Source: Gemmatimonadales bacterium (GTDB lineage Bacteria > Gemmatimonadota > Gemmatimonadetes > Gemmatimonadales > GWC2-71-9). From it: a stretch of 44,212 bases of DNA. The position numbers were made by a program, and so were the translations under genes. Under the pieces are notes generated by a model. It saw nothing but the letters and a program-made list of their open reading frames with translations, was not told the origin of the DNA and ran no database searches. Shown here piece by piece: positions 7,664 through 16,166 of the stretch. Position 1 is the stretch's first letter. Each line of letters opens with the position of its first letter. The stretch is taken from NCBI GenBank assembly GCA_038216165.1, contig JBBQQJ010000002.1, forward strand, positions 1-44,212. Direction: 5' to 3'.

Positions 7664-9751
7664 TCAACGTAGCGGGTCCCGCCCCACCGGCAACGTGGCG
7701 CGCGCCACCACCCACCCCGTGACGCGTGCGGGCCGGATGATGGACGGCAGTCCGTGCACGAGCAGTGCCGCATCGGGGGCGGTGGCCAGACTCTCGAGCC
7801 GCCAGCGGATTCCCAATGGACCGCCACGGATGGCATGGATCACGAGCTGGTCGAGCGCGGCCAGGCTCGCGGCATCACGCACCCGGGCTGCACGACGTGC
7901 CAAATGCTGGCAGCGCCAGACGAGGCCGCGGTGGGCCACCCTGGGTTCCGTCGCGGCGATGGCGGCCGCGAGCACCACCGCCTCGTCGGCACCAGCCACG
8001 CCGATTGCGGCAGGCGGGATCATGAGGAGGCGGGAGAGTCGTTCCGGGGCGATCGGCCCTGGTGCGGTCACATCGGCCACCACCAGCACCGCGCCGTGGT
8101 GGCACCCGGAGCGCAGCGCCACGAGGGCAACGGGGAGCGCGACCGGGATGGCCGGGTCGGTTACGTGCACGTGTGCGTGATCCGGCCATGAGGCGGCGAG
8201 CACCGTGAGCCACCGCTCAGCGAGGGCGCCTTTCCGGTGCACGCGCGCGGCAAGATCGAGGAACGGGACCAGTGCCGGGGCGGGATGCCGCTCGATCACC
8301 TCGACGTGCGCGGCGGCCTGCCCGGGACGGATCACCCGCCCATTCCGCTGGTCGCGCCGCATAGCGGTCCACGGCAGGTCGAGGTGCACCACGCGTGATG
8401 CTCCCTGCAGGTCGAGCCCCTCGGCCACGACATCCGTCGCCACGAGCACGGTGGGTGTGCGCTGCCGAGCTCGCCAGGATGCGCGTTTCGGTCCGAAGGC
8501 TCGCAGGACCAGGTCGCGTGGCACGCGGTGCGGCCCGATGCCGGCCTCCGTGCCGGTGATCCACGCGATCCCCCCCCCAAGTGCATCCCGCAGGAGATGG
8601 GCGGTGGCACGGTGGCGACAGAACAGGATGGTGGGGAGTTCGTCCCGCAGGAGGTCCTGCACGGCGGCCAGCCAGTCCGCATCGGCCGCGGGATGGGACA
8701 AGGCCCCGTTGATCCGCGTCAGGTCGGCGGTGGGAAGTTGCGGCCGGCCCTCGGCGTGGTCCGGGATGACGAGGGCCCAGAGGACACCCTGGGCACAGTC
8801 CGGGCCCGCGAACTGGCGCAGCAGGGCCCGGCTCCCGCCTCCGGCGAGCTCCCACTGCTCGAGCAGCGTCCGGTACCGGCGCAACGCGGCATGAAAGGCG
8901 GCGTCGCTCGAGGCCGCCGCGTCGGCGAGCACCGACCGGAGGAGGCGCCGGGTGCCGGCCTCGGGCGCGAGGGCGAGGGAGCGGATCACCCGGGCGGCTC
9001 GCCGTGCACGACGCGCCTCCCGGGCAACCTCCGGGAAGCCACGGTCGGTCCTCACGGCTGCTGACGATGACGCCTGCGTGCGGATCACCACCCGACCGAG
9101 CGCGGGGGGCGGCGCCTCCCAGCTCGGCAATGCGGCCAGACTGGGAATCCCGTCCAGCACGAGGGCCTCATCGGCCAGCAGCAATTGCAGCAACGCGGCC
9201 AGATCGGACAGCGCATTGACGATTGGTGTGGCCGTCAGGAAGGCGGTGGGCCGCCCGACGATCCATCGGCCAACGGTCCGCGTGCACCGCGCCTGGAGAT
9301 TGCGCAGTCGATGTGCCTCATCGACGATCACGACGTCGGCCTCCACCGCGGGCGGCGTGCCGCGGCTGCAGCGCTCGAGGGAGTGCAGGTGGACCCGCCG
9401 CAGCACGGTGTCAGCCGCCGCGCGCCACTGCGGCAGCAGCACCGCCGGGGCGATGACCGTCACCCGGCGACCGACGGCGGCCGCCGCCGCCAGGGCGATC
9501 CACGTCTTGCCCGCCCCCACCGGCTCGGCGAGGACTGCCCCCCCCAGGCCGCGCAGCGCTGCGACGAGACGGCGCCAGGGCTCCTCCTGTCCCCGCCGGA
9601 GCCAGGGCGGGGGTGGATCGGCACACTGTGCGGGGGTCCACGCCTCCCGGCACGCGGCCATCAGGCCGGCGCCATCGTCCGACTCCGCCACGCGGGGTCG
9701 CGGTGCGCGGGTGCGCACCCGGAGATGATCAGCGCGGATTTGTGGCCACAT
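7664..9751 (-). CDS. SNF2-family (SF2) DNA helicase/translocase with uncharacterised C-terminal extension
   Basis: Walker A EPVGAGKTW (9503..9517), DEAH box VIVDEAHRLRN (9311..9322), motif III LTATPIVNALSDL, helicase-C LVATDVVAEGLDL, motif VI QRNGRVIRPGQ (8317..8349). ATG at 9751 lies 23 nt inside the 3-prime end of the methyltransferase gene. Confidence 0.85.
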   Translation of the reverse strand: MWPQIRADHLRVRTRAPRPRVAESDDGAGLMAACREAWTPAQCADPPPPWLRRGQEEPWRRLVAALRGLGGAVLAEPVGAGKTWIALAAAAAVGRRVTVIAPAVLLPQWRAAADTVLRRVHLHSLERCSRGTPPAVEADVVIVDEAHRLRNLQARCTRTVGRWIVGRPTAFLTATPIVNALSDLAALLQLLLADEALVLDGIPSLAALPSWEAPPPALGRVVIRTQASSSAAVRTDRGFPEVAREARRARRAARVIRSLALAPEAGTRRLLRSVLADAAASSDAAFHAALRRYRTLLEQWELAGGGSRALLRQFAGPDCAQGVLWALVIPDHAEGRPQLPTADLTRINGALSHPAADADWLAAVQDLLRDELPTILFCRHRATAHLLRDALGGGIAWITGTEAGIGPHRVPRDLVLRAFGPKRASWRARQRTPTVLVATDVVAEGLDLQGASRVVHLDLPWTAMRRDQRNGRVIRPGQAAAHVEVIERHPAPALVPFLDLAARVHRKGALAERWLTVLAASWPDHAHVHVTDPAIPVALPVALVALRSGCHHGAVLVVADVTAPGPIAPERLSRLLMIPPAAIGVAGADEAVVLAAAIAATEPRVAHRGLVWRCQHLARRAARVRDAASLAALDQLVIHAIRGGPLGIRWRLESLATAPDAALLVHGLPSIIRPARVTGWVVARATLPVGRDPLR

Positions 9752-12674
9752 CACGGAGCGCCCGTTGTTCGTCGGGGGACAACTGGAGCACCACCGCGGC
9801 GAAAGCGTCGGCATCCTCGGCCTGGAGGAATGGCATGCCAAGTCGGCGTGCAGGGAAGGGGAGGCCACCCACCACCCGCGCCCCGAAGCGACGGTACCCT
9901 CCTGCGGCCGCCTCGGCGCCCAGCGCGGCGAGCGCCCGCATCCAGGTGGTGGTAAGCCACCGCGCGATCACTTCGGCCTGTTCCGCATTCCCGGCCACCA
10001 CCACGTAGCAACTGTTGAGGGGGACCACGTCGGCTGGGAGCGTCGCCGTGGCACGGAGTGTGGGCGCCAGATCTGGCCACGCCACCCGGTGGGCGGCGGT
10101 GGCGGCCTCAGTGCGAAACAGCCGCCACCAGCAGGCGCCTCGCTGATCGGCACGATGCTCGAGGCGGGATCGAAACTGGGCCAGGTGCGCTGCCACTGGG
10201 GGGGGGAGTTCACGCCACGGTTCGCCGCGCCGGTCCGCCGGCCAGAGGATCCGACTGCCGGGCCGCGGGCCACCCGGGCCGAAGTCGCGTCCGCGCATCG
10301 CGGGGCGGGTCCATGCCGCGAGCGCTGCCGGTGGATCGAGGAACGCTGCATTGGCGCCGGTCTTGACGCCGAGCCGGGGCGGGTGGGTCTCCCCGAGGGT
10401 GGGGAAGTCCTCCGCGAGACGTCGGGTGAGGCGCTGGACCTCCGGATCGGCCAGCGACCAGGTGGGGGCCATGCGCCAATCGGCCTGAGGCACACGCGGC
10501 CCGTCACCGGCGAGGTCCGTGCTGATCCCATGCCCGGGCGGACTGGCGCCACGCGAGGCGATGAGGGCCATCGGATAGATGGTTGCGTCGAATCCGGCAC
10601 GAGGATCACCCGCGAGGTCGGCGACGCGATGCAGCGTGTGGTGATGGACCAGCGCTGCGCGCGCTGTGCGCGCGTAGGAGACGGTGAGCAGCTTGCTTGG
10701 CAGCAGGAAGGCCACGGTGCCTCCCGGGCGCAGCAGTTCCACCGCCCGCTCCACGAAGGCGATGGCCAGGTCGGGCTGATGGCGGTAGCCGTTGCCCGAA
10801 CCGCGCCACCACCGGTAGCGGGCGCCCAGCGCCGTGCGGGTGGCCGTCGCCAGCCGCTCGGCGCGCACCCACGGCGGGTTGCCGACCACGAGATCGAATC
10901 CACCCTGTCGCTCGAGGATCGGAGCGTAGGCGGTTTCAAGCGCGAAGGGGGCGGCCGTGGCATCGCGCTGCATCGCCGCGCGCTCCCGGCGCACCCGCCG
11001 CAGCAAGGACCGCAACCCTGCGAGGTGCTGCCGGTCGCGGGCATGGGGAGCGGAGCGTTCACCGAACAGGGTTGGAATGGCGGTGGATGCGACGGCATCC
11101 CGGACCCGGTCACGCAGCATTGCCTCGTGGTCCGCGAGGGCGGCCTCAAGGGTGCGGCGCTCGGCGTGGCGCAACGCACGCACTGCGGCTCGCTTGGCGG
11201 ATCCGTGGCTGGAGACCACCGCTCGCCGATGGACGGCCAGTGCGAGCCCCGCGCGCGGGGCGAGCGGGTGACCATGGAGTGGATCAAGGAGGGCATCGCC
11301 GGCCCGGATGGCGGTATCGAGATTCGGGAGCGGGGTCACCTCACGCGGGGCGCGACCACGCATGGCACGCAACGACTCGAGCCAGAGGCGCAGTTCGGTG
11401 ATCCGTACCGCTCCAGGGTGCCGATCGACGCCATGCAGTTGCCGGGTCAGGATGTGGCGCACGCGCCGTGCATCGCGCACGCCGGGGCCATGGAGCAGGT
11501 CGAGCGTCCCCACGAGAAAGGCCCCGGAGCCCACGGCCGGATCGAGCACCCGCAGCGTCGACATCCGGCGGAGCAAGGTCGGGTCCGGGTCCTCCAGGGC
11601 GGTCGCGAGCCGCTCCTCGTCCATGCCGACGCGCGGGGCGAGATGGCAGGCGACGGCTTCACGAACCAGTGCGCGCACCATGGCCGGCGGGGTGTAGTAC
11701 GCACCGGCGGCCCGGCGACTCTCCGGTTCCATCACTCCCTCGAACACGCGGCCAAGCAGCCCGGGGGTCACGCGGCCATCCTCTGCCTCCGGGTCGAGGG
11801 TGACCTCGATGCGATCGATCACCAACTCGAAGAGCGCCATCCAACCCGGTCGCGACAGGTCCCAGGCCCGGGCGCGCTCGAGCGCATGCGGCTCGAACAG
11901 CCCCCCGTTCAGGAACGGCACAGCGCCGAACGCTGCGGCGCGGCGGGAGCGGTCGCGCACACGACGATTGAGGGTGCCGAAGAACAGGGGGTGCAACAGG
12001 TGGCGACCCGGATCGCGGTGGCGCGCGAGCACGTCGTCAACGGCGCAGCGCAGAAAGTCCTGCCGTCCGTCGAGCCATCCCTCCGCTTCCACGAATCGCA
12101 GGAAGAGGAGGCGCGTGGCCTGCAGCAGTGCCCATCCCTCGCGATCGGCGCGTGGCACCACCGCGGGCAACGCGGTGGCCACGCGGTCGATCGCGGTGTG
12201 GAGCATGCCGAAGGCACGTCGGCCCGCGGCATCGATGTCGAGGGCATCCGCGGCGCGGGCGGCCGCGGCCAGCAGTGGCGCATCGGCCAGGCGTTCGCGC
12301 TGCAGCCGGCGGATGGCAAGCGGCAGCAGGTCGTCGCACGGGACCACCGTGGCCCGGATCGGGGCGATGGTCACGATGAGCGTCCGAATCCCACTCGCTG
12401 CGTCGTCTGCGAGCATGAGTCCCAAGTACCCGCGCCGGGCCAGGGTGCGCGCCATCGCGGTGGCGCTGCGCGGCGGCGCCGCGATGCTCCAGCAGGGGAG
12501 GGGGCCCAGGCGGCCAACCTCCAGGGCCGGTACCGGGAGGCTCGCCGGGACGGGCACGACCCATGCCTCGCCCCCGAGGCGATGGATCAGGGCAGCATGG
12601 CGAGTTGCGTGGTCGGGAAGGGTGGCGAGCGGCATGCCGGGACGATCACGGGCCGGTGCCGTCGGGGGGGGCAC
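9729..12674 (-). CDS. N6-adenine DNA methyltransferase, type IIG/IIL / BREX PglX-like (Eco57I-family MTase with TaqI_C-like specificity domain)
   Basis: FLNGGLFEP helical-domain motif (11889..11915), SAM motif I VLDPAVGSGAFLV (11511..11549), catalytic motif IV VVGNPPWV (NPPW at 10869..10880), and C-terminal GVKTGANAAFL typical of TaqI_C target-recognition domains. 981 aa from GTG 12674; alternative ATG at 12635. Confidence 0.85.
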   Translation of the reverse strand: MPPPTAPARDRPGMPLATLPDHATRHAALIHRLGGEAWVVPVPASLPVPALEVGRLGPLPCWSIAAPPRSATAMARTLARRGYLGLMLADDAASGIRTLIVTIAPIRATVVPCDDLLPLAIRRLQRERLADAPLLAAAARAADALDIDAAGRRAFGMLHTAIDRVATALPAVVPRADREGWALLQATRLLFLRFVEAEGWLDGRQDFLRCAVDDVLARHRDPGRHLLHPLFFGTLNRRVRDRSRRAAAFGAVPFLNGGLFEPHALERARAWDLSRPGWMALFELVIDRIEVTLDPEAEDGRVTPGLLGRVFEGVMEPESRRAAGAYYTPPAMVRALVREAVACHLAPRVGMDEERLATALEDPDPTLLRRMSTLRVLDPAVGSGAFLVGTLDLLHGPGVRDARRVRHILTRQLHGVDRHPGAVRITELRLWLESLRAMRGRAPREVTPLPNLDTAIRAGDALLDPLHGHPLAPRAGLALAVHRRAVVSSHGSAKRAAVRALRHAERRTLEAALADHEAMLRDRVRDAVASTAIPTLFGERSAPHARDRQHLAGLRSLLRRVRRERAAMQRDATAAPFALETAYAPILERQGGFDLVVGNPPWVRAERLATATRTALGARYRWWRGSGNGYRHQPDLAIAFVERAVELLRPGGTVAFLLPSKLLTVSYARTARAALVHHHTLHRVADLAGDPRAGFDATIYPMALIASRGASPPGHGISTDLAGDGPRVPQADWRMAPTWSLADPEVQRLTRRLAEDFPTLGETHPPRLGVKTGANAAFLDPPAALAAWTRPAMRGRDFGPGGPRPGSRILWPADRRGEPWRELPPPVAAHLAQFRSRLEHRADQRGACWWRLFRTEAATAAHRVAWPDLAPTLRATATLPADVVPLNSCYVVVAGNAEQAEVIARWLTTTWMRALAALGAEAAAGGYRRFGARVVGGLPFPARRLGMPFLQAEDADAFAAVVLQLSPDEQRALRDVATNPR

Positions 12675-12711
12675 GATCCGCCGCGCGTGGGCACGCCTCC
12701 ACGCGGCACCA

Positions 12712-13443
12712 TCAGGGGAGTCGTGTCACCTCGATCGCGCGACTCCCCGTGCCGAGCATGCGGATCCCCTCGGCGCCGCGCACCTCTTGGGTGCTCTCCT
12801 CCTCAAGCTGCGCGGAGAGCACCGGGCCCGCGAGGTTCGTCACCACCCGATGGGTACCGGTGGTGGTGGTGCGCAGCGTCGCCTGGCCGAACGGGGTGAC
12901 GCTCCCGCCGGCGGTCTGTCCCGTCAGCGCCACCGTGGCGCCGTTGCGCGAGGCGATCCGCCACGTCGTGGCGGTCCGCGCCTGCTCCCGCCCGTTCCCC
13001 GTGGTGGTGTCGCTGACGGTCGAGTCGGTCCAGGGGATGCCGTCGAGCCGGCCGAGGACGCGCGTCGGGAAGAGCAACCCGACGGCACCGAGCAATTGCG
13101 TGGCACCGACGTTTCGTGGCTGGAGTCCGATCGGCGCGACGAGTTCCCCGTCGTCGACCCGGAGGGTATAGCGGGTGCCAGTGGCGGGGACCAACGCGGC
13201 CAGGGAAACGCGGGTGTTCCCCGAGCGGAAGGCGACGGTGTCGATCGTCACCTCGACAAGCCGCAGGCCGGCTGAATCGCGGGAGACAACGAGCAGGCGG
13301 CCCGTGGCAGCAATGTCGGTGCGGTCGGTTCCCTGTCCGATGGCGCTGGCGTCCACTTCCTGCCGCGAGGCGATGGTGAAGGCATAGCGCGCCGTGTCGA
13401 TCGGAGCCTGCAGGGCGACGGTGGCCAGGGCAGTGAGCAGCAT
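12712..13443 (-). CDS. hypothetical secreted protein
   Basis: 243-aa ORF with N-terminal signal-like MLLTALATVALQAP, an AAGGA Shine-Dalgarno upstream, and a Thr/Gly/Val-rich beta-type composition. No family recognised. The competing 333-aa ORF 12803..13804 is Arg/Pro-rich and looks spurious. Confidence 0.55.
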   Translation of the reverse strand: MLLTALATVALQAPIDTARYAFTIASRQEVDASAIGQGTDRTDIAATGRLLVVSRDSAGLRLVEVTIDTVAFRSGNTRVSLAALVPATGTRYTLRVDDGELVAPIGLQPRNVGATQLLGAVGLLFPTRVLGRLDGIPWTDSTVSDTTTGNGREQARTATTWRIASRNGATVALTGQTAGGSVTPFGQATLRTTTTGTHRVVTNLAGPVLSAQLEEESTQEVRGAEGIRMLGTGSRAIEVTRLP

Positions 13444-13467
13444 GCAGGACGTCCTTCGGCAGGTCGG

Positions 13468-14595
13468 CTAGGTGGCCACGCGGTAGGTCCGGCCGCGCCA
13501 TTCGATGCGGCGTCCCCCGCGGGCGGTCGATCGCGCCACGATCAGGAGCGCGAGCAGTGCGCCCAGTGGATAGCCCAGGGCGCACCACACAGGGATGCGC
13601 ATCCCGAAGGAGACGAGGGCCCAGAACAGCAGTGACACACCGATCGCCACCGTCGCCGCCCCGACGCCCACGCCGGCAAGGAGCAGGGCGAACGGGACCA
13701 GCCACCAGGCAAAGCCGAGGGCCAGGCCGAGCGGGGCGAGGGCGCGGAGCACCGGGTTCGCCGGTGCGGACTGACGCGCACCGACGTAGAGGTTCTTCGA
13801 CCACCCCTCCACCATCTCGCGCAGTGATCGGTACATCCGGGTGCTGATCAGCGTCTCGCCAAACATCAACCGCACGCGCTGCCCCGAGCGGAGGAACGCC
13901 TGCGCGAGCGCCAGGTCCTCGACCACCTCGCCCTGCACGGCGGCATGGCCACCCACCGCGTCGTAGGCCGTGCGGCGCACCATGATGAACTGCCCATTGG
14001 CCACGAGTTGGTCGGGGCGCGTGGCCGTGTTGACCCGATGGGGCGGGTAGCGGAGCCCCAGCACCACCCAGATCTGCGGCATCACGATCCGTTCCCAGAA
14101 GGTGACGCAGGTTTGCTGGGTGGTGAGCGTGAGCAAGGCGGCACCGTCAGCCTCCATCGCCCCGGTGGCGTGCGCCAGCAGGGGGGGGGAGTGCGTGGTG
14201 TCGGCGTCGGTGAAGAGCAGGTACTGCCCCGTCGCCTCGGCCGCGCCCTGGGCGCACGCCCAGGGTTTGCCGAACCATCCCGCCGGCAGCTCGGCCCCGC
14301 GCACCAGACGGAGCCGCGGGTCCGTGCGCGCCATCGCCGCCACCCGCTCGGCGGTGTCATCGGTGGATCGATCGTCCACGACGATCAGCTCGAAGGCGTC
14401 GTATGTCGAGGCGAGGATGGACTGCACCACCGTCTCGATGGTGCCCGCCTCGTTGCGGGCGGGGATGATCACGGAGACCGGGATCCCCGAGGCGGGGTCG
14501 GCCTTGGCCACATCGGGGTCGCGCCGGGCGAGCTTGGCGATCCCCAGGAAGGGGGCACCCCAGAGCAGTCCCGGGAGGGAAGCGAGCAAGCTCAT
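13468..14595 (-). CDS. family 2 glycosyltransferase, membrane-anchored (HpnB / carotenoid-glucosyltransferase-like)
   Basis: GT-A motifs VSVIIPARNE, LIVVDDRSTDDT, GWFGKPWACAQG, LLFTDADTTH, plus C-terminal TM helices. Confidence 0.85.
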   Translation of the reverse strand: MSLLASLPGLLWGAPFLGIAKLARRDPDVAKADPASGIPVSVIIPARNEAGTIETVVQSILASTYDAFELIVVDDRSTDDTAERVAAMARTDPRLRLVRGAELPAGWFGKPWACAQGAAEATGQYLLFTDADTTHSPPLLAHATGAMEADGAALLTLTTQQTCVTFWERIVMPQIWVVLGLRYPPHRVNTATRPDQLVANGQFIMVRRTAYDAVGGHAAVQGEVVEDLALAQAFLRSGQRVRLMFGETLISTRMYRSLREMVEGWSKNLYVGARQSAPANPVLRALAPLGLALGFAWWLVPFALLLAGVGVGAATVAIGVSLLFWALVSFGMRIPVWCALGYPLGALLALLIVARSTARGGRRIEWRGRTYRVAT

Positions 14596-14605
14596 CTGCG
14601 GCGCC

Positions 14606-15163
14606 TCAGCGGCGCACGGCGACGGTGTCCAGCTCGGCCTCGAGGGCCTCGAGTTGACGCTCGATGTCCTCCGTGGAGGCTTCCGTCAGTGACTGCGTCT
14701 GCCGGTCGGTCATCAGGAGCGAGGCCACCAAGGCGTCGGTGTAGCCGACGACCGCCTGGGCGATGCCGCGGTCGACGATGTTGTTGAGCCGGATGAACAC
14801 CGCCACCGCACGGCGCGGGCGCATCGCGGCCACGAAGGCGCCAATGTACCGGATGAGGAGGAGCCGGAGCTGTTGGATCTCCTCGACCACCTCGCCCGCA
14901 GCGAGCCCGCGAGTGGCCGCCGTCCGCCCGTAATGCTCCATGAGGTGTCCCCAGACCGGCTTGGCTTCCCGGCGCAGGGGGCCTAGCATTTCGATGAGCC
15001 CGTTGGCGACCAGCCGGAGCTGGCGGGTAAGGAGCGGACGGGGAAAGCCGGTGCTGCTGGCGTGCTCCTCAAGCCAGTCGGCCCATTCCGTCACCATCGG
15101 CTCCCGGGTCTCGAGAATCGCCCGGGCTGCGGCAATTTGTGTCGAATGGGACGAGCGGACCAT
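14606..15163 (-). CDS. hypothetical all-helical protein (weakly RsbRD-N sensor-domain-like) with C-terminal coiled coil
   Basis: I chose ATG at 15163 because AGGAGG lies 8 nt upstream. The longer ORF start (15358) would overlap the divergent ldcA gene. The G..AA.RGLAAGEVVEEIQQLRLLL pattern resembles RsbRD_N; the assignment is tentative. Confidence 0.55.
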   Translation of the reverse strand: MVRSSHSTQIAAARAILETREPMVTEWADWLEEHASSTGFPRPLLTRQLRLVANGLIEMLGPLRREAKPVWGHLMEHYGRTAATRGLAAGEVVEEIQQLRLLLIRYIGAFVAAMRPRRAVAVFIRLNNIVDRGIAQAVVGYTDALVASLLMTDRQTQSLTEASTEDIERQLEALEAELDTVAVRR

Positions 15164-15206
15164 TGCATTCCCCTCCTGAAGTCCACCAATCGTAACCGGA
15201 GCCGCC

Positions 15207-16166
15207 ATGTCGCCCAACCCGATCCTTCCTCCCCGGCTCCGTCCGGGGGCCCGTGTGGCGCTCGTCGCCCCGTCGGGTCCCCTGCTGGAGCGGGATGACC
15301 GCACCCGGGGGAGCGAACTTGCGGTCGCCCTGGGATACGAGCCGGTCCTGATGCCCAATGTGGGCAGTGCCTACGGTTACCTCGCCGGGCGGGACGACGA
15401 ACGGCTCGCCGACCTCAACGCGGCCCTGGGCGACCCCAACATCGACGCCGTCTGGTGCCTCCGCGGCGGGAACGGGATGAACCGGATCATCCATCGCGTG
15501 GATTTTGCCGCTTTCGCCCGCCACCCGAAGCCGGTGATCGGCTACTCGGACATCACTGTCCTCCTGCTGGCGCTCTGGCAGCGCACCGGCATCGTGACGT
15601 TCCACGGGCCGATTGCCCGCACGCCGATGGGCAACTTCCAGCGCTATCACTTCGACCGGGTCCTCACCGACATCGCACCGGCGGGGGTGCTCGGGCGCCC
15701 GGCCCCGAAGCCGGACGTGCTGGTGCCCACCGACGGTCGGGTCATCACCATCACGCCCGGTCGGGCGCGCGGGCGCCTCGTGGGGGGCAACCTGACCCTG
15801 GTCCAGTCGCTGATCGGCACGCCCTATTTCCCCGATCTCACGGGAGCGATCCTCTTCCTCGAGGACGTAGGCGAGGACGTCTACCGGATCGATCGGATGC
15901 TGGCGCACTTGCGCCTCGCCGGGAAGCTCGCCGGACTCGCCGGCGTGCTGCTCGGGCGCTTCACCGACCTCACCCGGGCCACCGGAGACGGCGGGTTGGG
16001 GCTCGACGAGATCTTCCATACCTACTTCGGCACGCTCGGCGTTCCGGTCGCCGCCGGCTTTCCGTTTGGCCACATCGACGAGCAGTGGACGCTCCCGGTG
16101 GGGGTGATGGCGGAGCTTGATGCCGAGCGCCGCGAACTGGCGCTGCTGGAGGGGGCCGTGCGCTGA
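15207..16166 (+). CDS. ldcA: LD-carboxypeptidase (peptidase S66, muramoyltetrapeptide carboxypeptidase)
   Basis: GARVALVAPSGP, YLAGRDDERLADLNAAL, CLRGGNG, nucleophile motif IGYSDIT, C-terminal GHI. GGAG Shine-Dalgarno 7 nt upstream. Confidence 0.85.
   Translation: MSPNPILPPRLRPGARVALVAPSGPLLERDDRTRGSELAVALGYEPVLMPNVGSAYGYLAGRDDERLADLNAALGDPNIDAVWCLRGGNGMNRIIHRVDFAAFARHPKPVIGYSDITVLLLALWQRTGIVTFHGPIARTPMGNFQRYHFDRVLTDIAPAGVLGRPAPKPDVLVPTDGRVITITPGRARGRLVGGNLTLVQSLIGTPYFPDLTGAILFLEDVGEDVYRIDRMLAHLRLAGKLAGLAGVLLGRFTDLTRATGDGGLGLDEIFHTYFGTLGVPVAAGFPFGHIDEQWTLPVGVMAELDAERRELALLEGAVR

Noticed and set aside
7660-7836. N-terminal 59-codon extension of the HAD ORF (start at 7836)
   Set aside because: It would overlap the helicase 3-prime end by 173 nt. 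The extension has no HAD similarity, and the canonical HAD N-terminus (MPRFPTVLFDLDG) starts at the internal ATG 7659.
9765-12899. 1044-aa plus-strand ORF, the longest in the window
   Set aside because: It is antisense to the methyltransferase gene. Its translation is Arg/Gly/Pro/His-rich with no recognisable motif, whereas the minus-strand frame carries NPPW, motif I and TaqI_C motifs. This is a typical shadow ORF of a stop-poor high-GC sequence.
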